Shown: positions 38,601-49,804, counted from the first letter of the stretch. The stretch is 64,000 nt of DNA from Octopus sinensis (GCF_006345805.1 NC_043004.1:103106001-103170000), one strand, 5' to 3'. The notes: generated by a model not told the origin, from the letters alone. Made by a program: numbers and translations.

Positions 38601-41600
38601 GGCAAAAACAGCGACGTGGTCCGACCCGTGAGTTAGGGAGGTGCTCGGACCGTAAGCAAACGGATCGGCCCCGGCTGGATAGTCACGCCTCTAGGTGACC
38701 GTCGCACCCCGAGGGGGTCAAGACTATATTGAGGGCTTGCAGTCGGCAGGTTTCATGCCTCGGGGACCGTTCGGCAGGATGGCAGAGACGTCAGCCTACG
38801 ACGCCGTCAGCCCGGCGGGCCGCCGCCGCCTTCGCGCCGCCTCGCTTTCTCCCGTTCCTCCACGCCCCGCTGGGCCGTTAGCGGCAGGCCTGCGCCTGTC
38901 GCCCGTTGCTCCGCCGCGCTACCGTGCCCGAAATCGAAAGAACGAAGCCAAGCTCGCGTGACGGCCCACGTACGCGCGGGCGTAGCCGCCAGCGATGCCG
39001 GAAGGCGTTCACGAGATGAACGCGCTCGATACGGCGACGCGGTCCGTCCCGTAAAATCCCGAAAGATGACGAAAACTGCGGCTAGCGCGATGTAGCGGCA
39101 GGCCTGCGCAAGGCCTGCGCCGGTCGCCCGCGTCTCCGCCGCCGAACCGTGCGTGGAATCGAAAGCACGAAACTAAGCGATGTTGCGAGGTACGGGCGTT
39201 CGATACGGCGACGTGGTCCGTCTCGTAAATTCCCGAAAGATGACAAACTGCGGCCGGAGCCGGTAGCGGCGGGCCTTCGCCCGCGCCTTCGCCCGCGCCT
39301 CCGCCGCGCTACCGCGAGGCCGAAGTGGGGCTCGAGCTAAGCAGGCGCTCTCGCCCACGTACACGTGGACGTAGGCGCGATCGATGCCGTCAGTCGCCGG
39401 GAGTGCGTGGCCATATGCACCGGGCAAAAACAGCGACGTGGTCCGACCCGTGAGTTAGGGAGGTGCTCGGACCGTAAGTTAAACGGATCGGCCCGGCTGG
39501 ATAGTCACGCCTCTAGGTGACCGTCGCACCCAAGGGGGTCAAGACTATATTGAGGGCTTGCAGTCGGCAGGTTTCATGCCTCGGGGACCGTTCGGCAGGA
39601 CGCCAGAGACGTCAGCCTGCGACGCCGTCAGCCCGGCGGGCGGCCGCCGCTTTCGCGCCGCCTCGCTTTCTCCCGTTCGTCCGCGAGCCGCGGGGCCGTT
39701 GGCGGCAGGCCCGGCCGGTCGCCCGTTCCTCCGCCGCGCTACCGTGCCCGAAACCGAAACCGAAAGAACGAACCCACGCTCGCGGTACGGCCACGGACGC
39801 GTGGACGTAGCCGCCACCGATGTTGGAGGGCGTTCACGAGATGCACGCCGTCGATACGGCGACGCGGTCCGTCCCGTAAAAACCCGAAAGATGGCAAACT
39901 GCGGCTAGCGCGGTCGCCGTTGTGTTCTCCGCTGCCCTAGCGTGCCCGAAATCGAAAGAACGAACTTGAGCGTGCGGTCTCGCCCACGTACGCGTGGACG
40001 TAGCCGCCACCGATGCCGGAAGGCGTTCACGAGATGCACGGCGACGTGGTGCGTCCCGTGAAAACACGAAAGATGGCAAACTGCGGCTAGCACGGTCGCC
40101 CGTTGCTCCGCCGCCCAGACGTGCCCGAAATCGAAAGAACGAACCTAAGCTCGCGGTGCGACTCCCGTACGCGTGGACGTAGCCGCCACCGGTGCCGGAA
40201 GGCGTTCACGAGATACCGGCGCTCGATAGGAGTACGTGGTCCGTCCCGTAAAATCCCGAAAGATGACAAACCGCGGCCAGCACGAGGTAGCGGCGGAAGG
40301 CGTGCGCCGGTCGCCCGCGTCTCCGCCGCCCTACCGTGCGTGAAATCGAAAGCCCGAACTTGAGCGTGCGGTCTCGCCCGCGTACGCGTGGACGTAGCCG
40401 CGACCGATGTCGCGACGTGCGGGCGTTCGATGCGGCGACGCGGTCCGCCCCGTAAATTCCCGAAAGATGACAAAGTGCGGCCGGTGCAGGCAACGGCCGA
40501 TTGCGGCGGGCATGCGCCCGCCTTCTACCGCCTTCGCCCGCAGCTCCGCCGCGCTACCGCGAGGCTCTAGTGAGACTCGAGCGAAACTCGCGCTCTCGCC
40601 CGCGTACGCGTGGACGTAGGCGCGATCGATGCCGTCAGTCGCCGGGAGTGCGTGGCGATATGCACCGGGTAGAGACAGCGACGTGGTCCGACCCGTGAGT
40701 TAAGGAGGTGCTCGGACCGTAAGCAAACGGATCGGCCCCGGCTGGATAGTCACGCCTCTAGGTGACCGTCGCACCCCAAGGGGGTCAAGACTATATTGAG
40801 GGCTTGCAGTCGGCAGGTTTCATGCCTCGGGGACCGTTCGGCAGGACGCCAGAGACGTCAGCCTGCGACGCCGTCAGCCCGGCGGACGGCCGCCGCCTTC
40901 GCGCCGCCTCGCTTTCTCCCGTTCGTCCGCGAGCCGCGGGGCCGTTAGCGGAAGGCCCGCGCCGGTCGCCCGTTCCTCCGCCGCGCGACCGTGCCCGAAA
41001 CCGAAAGAACGAACCCACGCTCGCGGTACGGCCCACGGACGCGTGGACGTAGCCGCCACCGATGCCGGAAGGCGTTCACGAGATGCACGACGTTGATACG
41101 GTGACGCGGTCCGTCCCGTAAAAACACGAAAGATGGCAAACTGCGGCAAGCACGGTCGCCCGTTGCTCCGCCGCCCTGACGTGCCCGAAATCGAAAGAAC
41201 GAAGCTAAGCTCGCGGTGCGACCCCCGTACGCGTGGACGTAGCCGCCACCGATGCCGGAAGGCGTTCACGAGATGCATGCCGTCGATACGGCGACGTGGT
41301 GCGTCCCGTGAAAACACGAAAGATGGCAAACTGCGGCTAGCACGGTCGCCCGTTGCTCCGCCGCCCTGACGTGCCCGAAATCGAAAGAACGAACCTAAGC
41401 TCGCGGTTCGACCCCCGTACGCGTGGACGTAAGCCGCCACCGGTGCCGGAAGGCGTTCGCGAGATACCGGCGCTCGATAGGAGTACGTGGTCCGTCCCGT
41501 AAAATCCCGAAAGATGACAAACTGCGGCTAGCACGAGGTAGCGGCGGAAGGCGTGCGCCGGTCGCCCGCGTCTCGCCGCCCTACCGTGCGTGAAATCGAA

Positions 41601-42045
41601 AGCACGAACTCGAGCGTGCGCGTCTCGCCCGCGTACGCGTGGACGTAGCCGCGACCGATGTCGCGACGTGCGGGCGTTCGATGCGGCGACGCGCGGTCCG
41701 TCCCGTAAATTCCCGAAAGATGACAAAGTGAGGCCGGTGCAGGCAACGGCCGATTGCGGCGGCATTCGCCCGCTTTCTACCGCCTTCGCCCTCGGCTCCG
41801 CCGCGCTACCGCGAGGCTCGATTGGGACTCGAGCGAAACTCGCGCTCTCGCCCGCGTACGCGTGGACGTAGGCGCGATCGATGCCGTCAGTCGCCGGGAG
41901 TGCGTGGCGATATGCACCGGTAAAACAGCGACGTGGTCCGACCCGTGAACAAGGAGGTGCTCGGACCGTAAGGAAACGGATCGCGCCCCGGCTGGATAGT
42001 CACGCCTCTAGGTGACCGTCGCACCCAAGGGGGTCCAGACTAATA
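35603..42045 (+). repeat. rDNA intergenic spacer: promoter-bearing units with nested 180-205 bp subrepeats
   Basis: gact(a)atat motif at 36236, 37065, 37876, 38722, 39543, 40789, 42038; gaaagatg(a/g)caaa subunits two or four per unit. Confidence 0.92.
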
Positions 42046-42055
42046 TGTAGGGTTG
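41920..42055 (+). promoter_or_regulatory. Putative RNA polymerase I gene promoter / initiation site
   Basis: Last copy of the repeated block; diverges from the six upstream copies at gactaatatgtagggtt and leads into the ETS. Confidence 0.55.
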
Positions 42056-43625
42056 TGGTTGATCGGCATAGGTTAGCGTCTCGGAAGGATGTCCTCGTAG
42101 CTCCTTTCCTGATGACGGTTAGCTCCCCGTTTGCCGGTGCAAGATCGATTCTACACGGCCGGCGCGTCCTCGAATTTCCGCCGCCGAACCGCCCGCCTTT
42201 CAGACGCTGCGTTCGCCCGCCCGTTGACGCCCGCGTTTGCCCGCCTTCGCCCGCCTTTTGAAGCTCGCCTTCGTCCGCCTTCGCCCGCCTTCGCCCGCCT
42301 TCGCCCGCCTCTGGACGTCCGCTTCTTCACGCCCGCCTATTAGACGCTGCGTTCTACCCGCATCTTTGGACGCACGCCTTCGCCCGCCTTTCAGACGCCG
42401 CTGCGTTCGCCCGACCCTTTCGACGCACGCGTTTGCCCGCCCGCCTTATTTCCTTCCTTCGCTCGCCCGCCGGCAACCGCCGCACAAGCGCTATTCACGT
42501 AGGGTCGCGGCCGAACGGCATAGGTGGACCGCCTGGAAGGGATGTTGACGGCGCTCCTTTCTGCCAACGGTTGGCTCCCTTATTGCCGGTGCAAGGTCGA
42601 CTCTACACGGCTGGCGCGTCCTCGAATGTCTGCCGCCGCCGCCGCACCGCCCGCCTTTTAGACGCGCTCCCTCGACGCCCGCGTCTGCCCGCCTCTTCAC
42701 GCTCGCAATCGGTTCGTCCTCCCGCAATCGAACCGCTTCTCGTTACCGCGTTTTCTTTTTTTCTTCTCTTCTCTTTTCTTCCTTCCGACCCCCGGCCTCG
42801 TCTTCGCCGCCGAGGACCCGGTCAGGTTACGCCGCTGACCTCGTGTCGCGTCGCCGCCGGCGCGGCGGACGGGCTAGCCGTCGCTTCCCGTTCCGCCACA
42901 GGCGACGCGGCGTCTCCGAAAGAGAGCGGTGCCGTGTCCGTCCCTTCTTCCCTGGACGGAACCGTGGCTTCAACTCCGGGTTTCGCTGCCTCGTAGCGTT
43001 TCTGCAGCTTTTTCTTTTCCCTTCCCGGCATCACCCCCGCCTTGCGCGCGTCGTTTTCGTGGCGACCACCGTCATGGCACTCGCTCGTTGACCGCAGTCC
43101 GGACGCACTTCGTCGCACCGTTTCGAAAGGATCGGTGGAGGAGGAGGAAGCGACGACGACGACGACCACCGACGCGTAGGGCGCCGGCGAGTCTAAAAGC
43201 TGCAGCGGGCCCGCGCCAATCGCCGCTGCCCCTCTCGTCTGCCGACCTAGTCGCTGGCCTTCTTCGCCTTCTCTTCTCTTCCCTCTTCTTCCGCCCGGAA
43301 CCGGCCCCCACTTCGAATCGACCCGCACCGGAGCCCGTCCGCAGCGGCCCCGGTGTGCGGCAGTCGGATCGCAAACCGTTTCTTGTATCGCGAACGCTTC
43401 TTCGCGCGTCGACCCGTGTCGTTTCCGCCTCTTCTCCTCCTGGAGGAGCAGCTGGCGCGCGCGTATACGAACGGCGGCCGAACTCGCGAGCGCCCTCGCG
43501 CCTCTCTGTTTTTTTCGGCCCCTCCGATTCCTTTCGTTCTCGTTTTCCGATCGTCGGCGGCGGGCGGCTGCTTCCCGAGCTTCCGCCGCCGCGCGCTTCG
43601 TTCTCTCGAAACGTAACGTCGGTGA
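42050..43625 (+). other. Putative 5' external transcribed spacer
   Basis: Lies between the last promoter-like repeat and 18S; internal ~145-bp duplication and (ttcgcccgcc)n. Confidence 0.7.
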
Positions 43626-45302
43626 TACCTGGTTGATCCTGCCAGTAGTCATATGCTTGTCTCAAAGCTTAAGCCATGCAAGTGTAAGTTCATGCCGTAA
43701 ACGAATGGTGAAACCGCGAATGGCTCAGGAACCGGACCTAATCCTCGGGACCGTATTCTTCCACCGCGAGGAGAGTGGATAACTGTGGCAATTCTAGAGC
43801 TAATACATGCAACCGAAGCCACGATCGCAGGTCGCACCCGGGCGTCGGGCTCGAAAACGGCGTTCGGCAGCCGTCGCGTTTCGCGCGGCGTCGCCGTCGT
43901 TCGCCGCCGGCGTCCGCTCGGCCGGATCTAGGGCGGTGCATCCGCGCCCGTCCCTCCCGGTCGCGACGATACGGTCGGCCTTCCGCATTGGTCGCGGCGC
44001 AAATATTAGACTGAGACCGACGCGTACGGGCCGTTGCAGCAGCCGCCGCGCCTTCCGCGCGCGGGTCTTAGGCGTGCGGCGGCTTCACGCCCTTCGATTT
44101 TGGTGACTCTGGATAACTGTCAGTACGATCGCACGGCTAGTATCGCACTAGCCTTCGCGCGACGGGTCCCCCGCGAGTCCGCCCTATCAACTGTCGACGG
44201 CCCGGTCAGTGCCGACCGTGGTGGCAACGGGTAACGGGGAATCAGGGTTCGATTCCGGAGAGGGAGCATGCGAAACGGCTACCACATCCAAGGAAGGCAG
44301 CAGGCGCGCAAATTACCCACTCCCGGCACGGGGAGGTAGTGACGAAAATAACGACGCGGGACTCTGTCGAGGCCCCGCGATCGGAATGAGTACACTTCAA
44401 ATCCGTTAACGAGGATCGACCGGAGGGCAAGTCTGGTGCCAGCAGCCGCGGTAATTCCAGCTCCGGTAGCGTATATTAAAATTGTTGCGTTTGAAAAGCT
44501 CGTAGTCGGAATTCGGGTCTCGAAAACGTGCCCCAGCACGTTCGGGGCGACGGCGCCGTCGCAGGCGCGCTTCTGGCGCGTCCGCTTCGGTCGTCCGTTC
44601 GCACTCCCGGCCTTATTCGCCGGTGCGTGCGCGGTCGGGCCGCGGAGCTCTGCTCGCGTCGCCGCCGCGACTCGGCACCCCGTCCAGCGCTCGTCTTCGC
44701 CCGCGTCGCGTCCGGTTTCACGCCTGCGCCTTCAACGGCGCGGGTCGGTCAGGCGTGCTGCGCGCGCGGGAGCCACGAGGCGGGTGCGCTATTGGGCGTC
44801 GTCGCCGTTCGCGTTCTAGCGGTAGTAGCGCGTCCACCTCCCGGTCGTTTCGGCCCGCACGGTTCCTCCGAGGGTGCTCTTCGCCGAGTGTCCGAGGCGG
44901 CCGGTACGTTCACTGTGAAAAATTAGAGTGCTCAGAGCGAGCCCCGCCGGCTTGCATACGAAAAGCATGGAATGATGGAAAATGGCCTCGTCCGCGCGTC
45001 ATCCGTCGGTCTCCGTTCACGACGAGGCAATGATCGAAGGGAGCGATCGGGGCCACTCGTATTGCGACGTTAGAGGTGAAATTCTTGGATCGTCGCAAGA
45101 CGCACTGCAGCGACGGCGTGTGGCAAGCACGTTTTCCTCGATCAAGAGCGAAAGTCGGAGGTTCGAAGACGATCAGATACCGTCGTAGTTCCGACCGTAA
45201 ACGATGCCGACTGGCGCTCCGCCGCGCGTTCGCTTCGATGACCCGGCGGGGAGCCTGCGCGGGAAACCATAGTCGGTTCCGGGGGAGTATGGTTGCAAAA
45301 CA

Positions 45303-45348
<46 letters not shown>

Positions 45349-46028
45349 GCGGCTTAATTTGACTCAACACGGAAAACTCACCCGGTCCGGACACCGGTAG
45401 GATTGACAGATCGATAGCTCTTTCTCGATTCGGTGGGTGGTGGTGCATGGCCGTTCTTAGTTGGTGGAGCGATCCGTCTGGTTGATTCCGATAACGAACG
45501 AGACTCCGGCCTGCTAACTAGCGCGTCGATTAGTGCTTTTCCGGTAGCGCGGCGGCGCCGAAGCCGTCGTCGGTAGCTCCGCGCGCGGCCCGGCTTGCCG
45601 TTGCCGCCGCTCTCCTTCGCGTCCGGCGCTGCGGCCGCGTCCGGCTGCCGTCCCCCGTTCGCGGGGGTTCGGTCGCGGCGTGGTTGCGGCGTCGGTTGCG
45701 GAGCGGCGGCGTGACCCGGTCGGCTCGGCCCGCGCGAGCCCGGCGGCGGCACGCCGTCGCGTCCGGCCAGTCGGTTGGCGAACGCAGCGCTTCTTAGAGG
45801 GACGGGCGGCAGAAAGCCGCACGAGGCGGAGCGATAACAGGTCTGTGATGCCCTTAGATGTCCGGGGCCGCACGCGCGCTACACTGGAGGTATCAGCGGG
45901 CGCGTCTCCCCCGGCCCGAGAGGGTCGGGAAACCTCTGAACCACCTCCCGTGATAGGGATCGGGGCCTGGAACCAACCCCGTGAACGAGGAATTCCCGGT
46001 AGGCGCGGGTCATCAGCCCGCGTCGATC

Positions 46029-46071
<43 letters not shown>

Positions 46072-46190
46072 CGAACGGTCCGGTGAGGTCCTCGGATCTG
46101 GCCGACGAGTCCGCTTACGCGCGGCGGCGTTCCGCGCCGTCGTCGGCGCGTTCTCTGATGGCCCGGAGAAGACGACCGAACCCGATCGCT

Positions 46191-46248
<58 letters not shown>
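43626..46248 (+). rRNA. 18S rRNA: 18S rRNA, expanded (2623 nt)
   Basis: tacctggttgatcctgccag start; gccagcagccgcggtaattcc; gacggaagggcaccaccagg; gtacacaccgcccgtc; gtaggtgaacctgcggaaggatcatta end; large GC-rich variable-region insertions. Confidence 0.97.
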
Positions 46249-47517
46249 GCGCCGTGTTCTCGAATTAGAGAAGAAGAAGGAAATAAACATTCGCGATCCG
46301 CCCGATAAGTCGCGGCCGGGCCCCCTCGCCCGAGTACCACCGAATGCTCTTGATTCGGCCCTCTAACAGCGCAGCAGTAGCCGTCGCGGCAGCCCGCCGT
46401 CACACGCCGCGACTCTCTGCTGCCGACCGCGCAACCACCCTGCCGGCGTCGGCCCGCCCTCATGGCGCTCGGACGACGGGGCTTGCACGCTTTGCGAGCT
46501 CCATGACCATTTTCTCTCTTCCTTCCTGCCTCGCCGACCGCGCGATTCGGCCTAGGCCGGGGCGCCGCGGCGCCTTCCGATGACCACCGTAACGCGCGCC
46601 GTCTTTTTTTTTCTTTTCCTCGCCTCCTAGCGCGCAGTCTCTTTTCGAGACTTGCCGAGCCAAAAGTCGCGGCCGGGCCCCCTCGCCCGAGTACCACCGA
46701 ATGCTCTTGATTCGGCCCTCTAACAGCGCAGCAGTAGCCGTCGCGGCAGCCCGCCGTCACACGCCGCGACTCTCTGCTGCCGACCGCACAGCCACCCTGC
46801 CGGCGTCGGCCCGCCCTCATGGCGCTCGGACGACGGGGCTTGCACGCTTTGCGAGCTCCATGACCATTCTCTCTTCCTTCTACCATCGCCGTTGGCGTCG
46901 GCAGTGGCGCGCTTCGTTCCGCTGTCGACGCCTTCGAATCTCATTTTATTTTTTCCGTCGCGCGGCGCCGGCCTCCTGTCGGGGGCCGCTGCCGCTTTCC
47001 TTTTTTTTTTTTTTTTTTTTTTTTACTTTCCGTACGTCTAGCCCCGTCCGGTCGAGAGGCGGTCAAGACACGAAAACGCAGTCCGCCGCGGCCGTTGGCT
47101 GCGGCGGGGAGTCGGGAGTCGCAGGAAAGGGCGGCGCTCGCCGCGAGGCCCGCACGTTATCTCGCTCGATCGTCCGTCTCCCGTAATGCCAGACCGTCAT
47201 CGTTGCGAAGCGCTGTTGCGGAGGAGGGAGCCCGCCGAAGTGCGGAAGCAGTGGAGTAAGGGATCGCAGTAGCAGGAACGACACGGCGAGGCCCCTCGTC
47301 GCGTCCGCGTCTTCCTCTGCGTTCCTCTCCGAGCGACCGCCGCCCTCCGTCGCTGCCGCCGCAGCCGCCGCCGTCTCGTCTTTCGGCGTTCGCTCTGTGG
47401 GAACATCTTCTTTCGTGCGAGCGTTCGTGCCGATCGACAGCGGTGGCGGTGCGCGCCGGTAGTAGCAAGCTGCTGCAGCAGCCGTCTCTTTTGCAGCGTC
47501 TCCTTTTTTTATTCACG
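46249..47517 (+). other. Internal transcribed spacer region with ITS1 duplication
   Basis: Between 18S end and 28S start; ~220-bp repeat at 46307-46526 and 46664-46880. Confidence 0.85.
47025..47062 (+). pseudogene. Probable 3'-terminal remnant of 5.8S rRNA
   Basis: cgtccggtcgagaggcgg (47045-47062) is complementary to the 28S 5' end ctgccctcgactcggacg (47518-47535); no 5.8S core motif upstream. Confidence 0.5.
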
Positions 47518-47962
47518 CTGCCCTCGACTCGGACGCGATTACCCGCCGAACTTAAGCATATCGCTAAGCAGAGGAAAAGAAACCAACCGGGATTCCCTAA
47601 GTAACGGCGAGTGAACCGGAGAGAAGCCCAACGCCGAATCTCGTCGGCCGCGCGGTCGGTCGTCGAGAGCTGTGGCGCAAGGGTCGTACACGGTCGATCG
47701 TTTCGCCCGGCTAGGTTCGGAGTCCCCTCGATCGGGGCTGCCCAGAGCGGGTGCCAGGCCCATTCGGAGCCGGCGGCGATCGGCGGTGTTCATCGGCCCG
47801 AGAGTCGGGTTGCTTGGGAACGCAGCCCAAAGCGGGTGGTAAGCTCCATCCAAGGCTAAATACGGGGACGAGTCCGATAGCCGACAAGTACCGCGAGGGA
47901 AAGTTGAAAAGAACTTTGGAGAGAGAGTTCAAGAGACCGTGAAACCGCCCAGGGGTAAACGT
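47518..47962 (+). rRNA. 28S rRNA: 28S rRNA, 5' fragment (D1 to start of D2)
   Basis: acccgccgaacttaagcata; agtaacggcgagtgaa; gagtcgggttgcttgggaacgcagc; acaagtaccgcgagggaaagttgaaaagaacttt; ends at gtgaaaccgcccaggggtaaacg. Confidence 0.95.
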
Positions 47963-48135
47963 CTAAAACCTGGCTGCTACCGCAAAAGTAAGCCGAACAT
48001 CGATGTATCAAGTGTTGAATGAGCATCTCAAGACCCATTCCTACATGATGATTCGTCGTCATCAGCTCACGTAAGGTTATAAAGACATGAGATAAGAAAG
48101 AAGTCGTCTTATCCGGTTGTTTGCTGATACTCTTT
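47963..48135 (+). pseudogene. DD37D transposase, middle part
   Basis: NLAATAKVSRTSMYQVLNEHLKTHSYMMIRRHQLT*GYKDMR*ERSRLIRL continues the peptide broken at 33035. Confidence 0.8.
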
Positions 48136-48136
48136 G

Positions 48137-48321
48137 CTCTCTTTTACTTGCTTCAGTCATGTGGCTGCGGCCATGCTGGAGCACCGCTTTTAGTCGAGCA
48201 AATCGAACCCAGGACTTATTCTTTGTAAGCCTAGTACTTATTCTATCGGTCCCTTTTGCCGAACCGTTATGTTACGGGGACGTACACACACCAGCATCGG
48301 TTGTCAAACACGGACACACAA

Positions 48322-48366
<45 letters not shown>

Positions 48367-48505
48367 CATATATACGACTGGCTTCTTTCAGTTACCATCT
48401 ACCAAATCCACTCACAAGGCTTTGGTCGGCCCGAGGCTATAGTAGAAGACACTTGCCCAAGGTGCTACGCAGTGGGACTGAACCCCGGAACCATGTGGTT
48501 GTTAA
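48137..48505 (-). mobile_element. SINE family A nested in the transposase
   Basis: Tail, microsatellite and most of head in reverse orientation. Confidence 0.88.
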
Positions 48506-48511
48506 GCAAAA

Positions 48512-49189
48512 CAGACAGTAAACCATCAGAACGATCGACCTTAAGTGTATCTGGTCCGTTGAGGGTAGATTCATAAATCGACGTCAACTTTCACCGTCAT
48601 TTATGGTTTGGGCGGCTGTGACAGCCACTGGAAGGCCTTCTCTCGTTTTTAGTACCCTTGGGTGTTAAAATTAACATCCAGCGATACACTAGCGACATTC
48701 TGGGAGCTGAACTGCTTCTATGGGTGAATGGGCACTTTCAAGGCGAACCTTGGAGCTTCCAACAGGACTCGGTTCCATCCTACAGCTCCAAACAGACAAC
48801 ACTGGATTCAGAAAAACATTCCATCGTTCAAAGGTAAGGATGTACGGCCCTCAGGAAGCCCTGATCTCAACCCGTTAAATTTTTCTATTTGGTCCATTTT
48901 GAAGATGAAGGTCTCTAGCACTTCTCGTGCTTCACTCGACGCTCTGAAGGCAAAACTGCCAGGAATGAGCTTCGATTCCGCAAGAACAGCTGCGTGCCGC
49001 GTGTGAAGTAGTCGCACCTAGACTTAAGACTGTGATTCGAAACAGAGGTGATCATATCGAATAAATGTGGTAGTGTCATAATTGTGTTTCCTTTATCAAT
49101 GCATAGCAACGCTCGGACATGAAATATAAAGATATTTTGCTTCGGCAAAATTGAAAAAAGTTGGTTTCCTTAATTTTGAGACACCCTAA
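48512..49189 (+). pseudogene. DD37D transposase C-terminal part and right TIR
   Basis: VNHQNDR, MVWAAV, FQQDS..(37 aa)..SPDLNPLN (third D changed to N), RLKTVIRNRGDHIE*; end ttaattttgagacaccct. Confidence 0.85.
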
Positions 49190-49236
49190 ATATCACACAC
49201 ACACACACACACACATATTATATATATATATATATG

Positions 49237-49288
<52 letters not shown>

Positions 49289-49309
49289 GTATATATACTC
49301 TTTATTCTT

Positions 49310-49500
49310 TTGCTCTTTTACTTGTTTCAGTCATTTGACTGCGGCCATGCTGGAGCATCGCCTTTAGTCGAGCAAATCTACCTCAGGACTTATTCTTGTA
49401 AGTCTTATGCAATCGGTCACTTTGCCGAAGCACTAAGTTACGGGGACGCAATCACACAAGCATCGGTTGTCAAGCGATGTTGGGGGAACAGACACACAAA
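49310..49500 (-). mobile_element. SINE family A 3' half
   Basis: ttttacttgtttcagtcatttgactgcggcc..gttgtcaagcgatg. Confidence 0.8.
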
Positions 49501-49520
49501 CACACAATATATATATATAT

Positions 49521-49575
<55 letters not shown>

Positions 49576-49804
49576 ATAGAAATATTAAAATTACTAAGTC
49601 TCTCTAAAAGAGAACAACGGCAGCGTTCCCGGAAAATAATAGTTATCGCCATACTAATATGGCATTCTTATAAAAATAAGAATAAAGCTGTCCGCTTATT
49701 AGCTCCATGAGGCCATCGCCTTAAGTTAGCTATTTGATACACAAACTGTATCCATATAACCTTCGAACAAGGGAGGTCAGTCGCTCCACACTACTTGACC
49801 GGCA

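Noticed and set aside
34820-42045. Repeat arrays as CRISPR
   Set aside because: Units repeat in full without unique spacers, there are no cas genes, and the context is rDNA spacer.
47068-47160. cacgaaaacgcag..gtcgcagga as a divergent 5.8S core
   Set aside because: It lies downstream of the segment that pairs with the 28S 5' end, so it should be ITS2; similarity is limited to short words.
42433-47516. Long Arg/Ala/Pro-rich ORFs up to 335 aa
   Set aside because: Stop-poor GC-rich rDNA and spacer sequence with no protein motifs.
33036-47962. GC-rich block as bacterial contamination or horizontal transfer
   Set aside because: It carries eukaryotic 18S/28S signature motifs and is embedded in a host transposon.
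33036-47962. Retrotransposed (processed) rRNA pseudogene
   Set aside because: Includes ~8 kb of intergenic spacer and has no poly(A) tail.
32987-47989. caaaagta on both sides as a target-site duplication
   Set aside because: Both copies lie tens of bases inside the transposase remnants, not at the junctions; CTAA marks the breakpoints.
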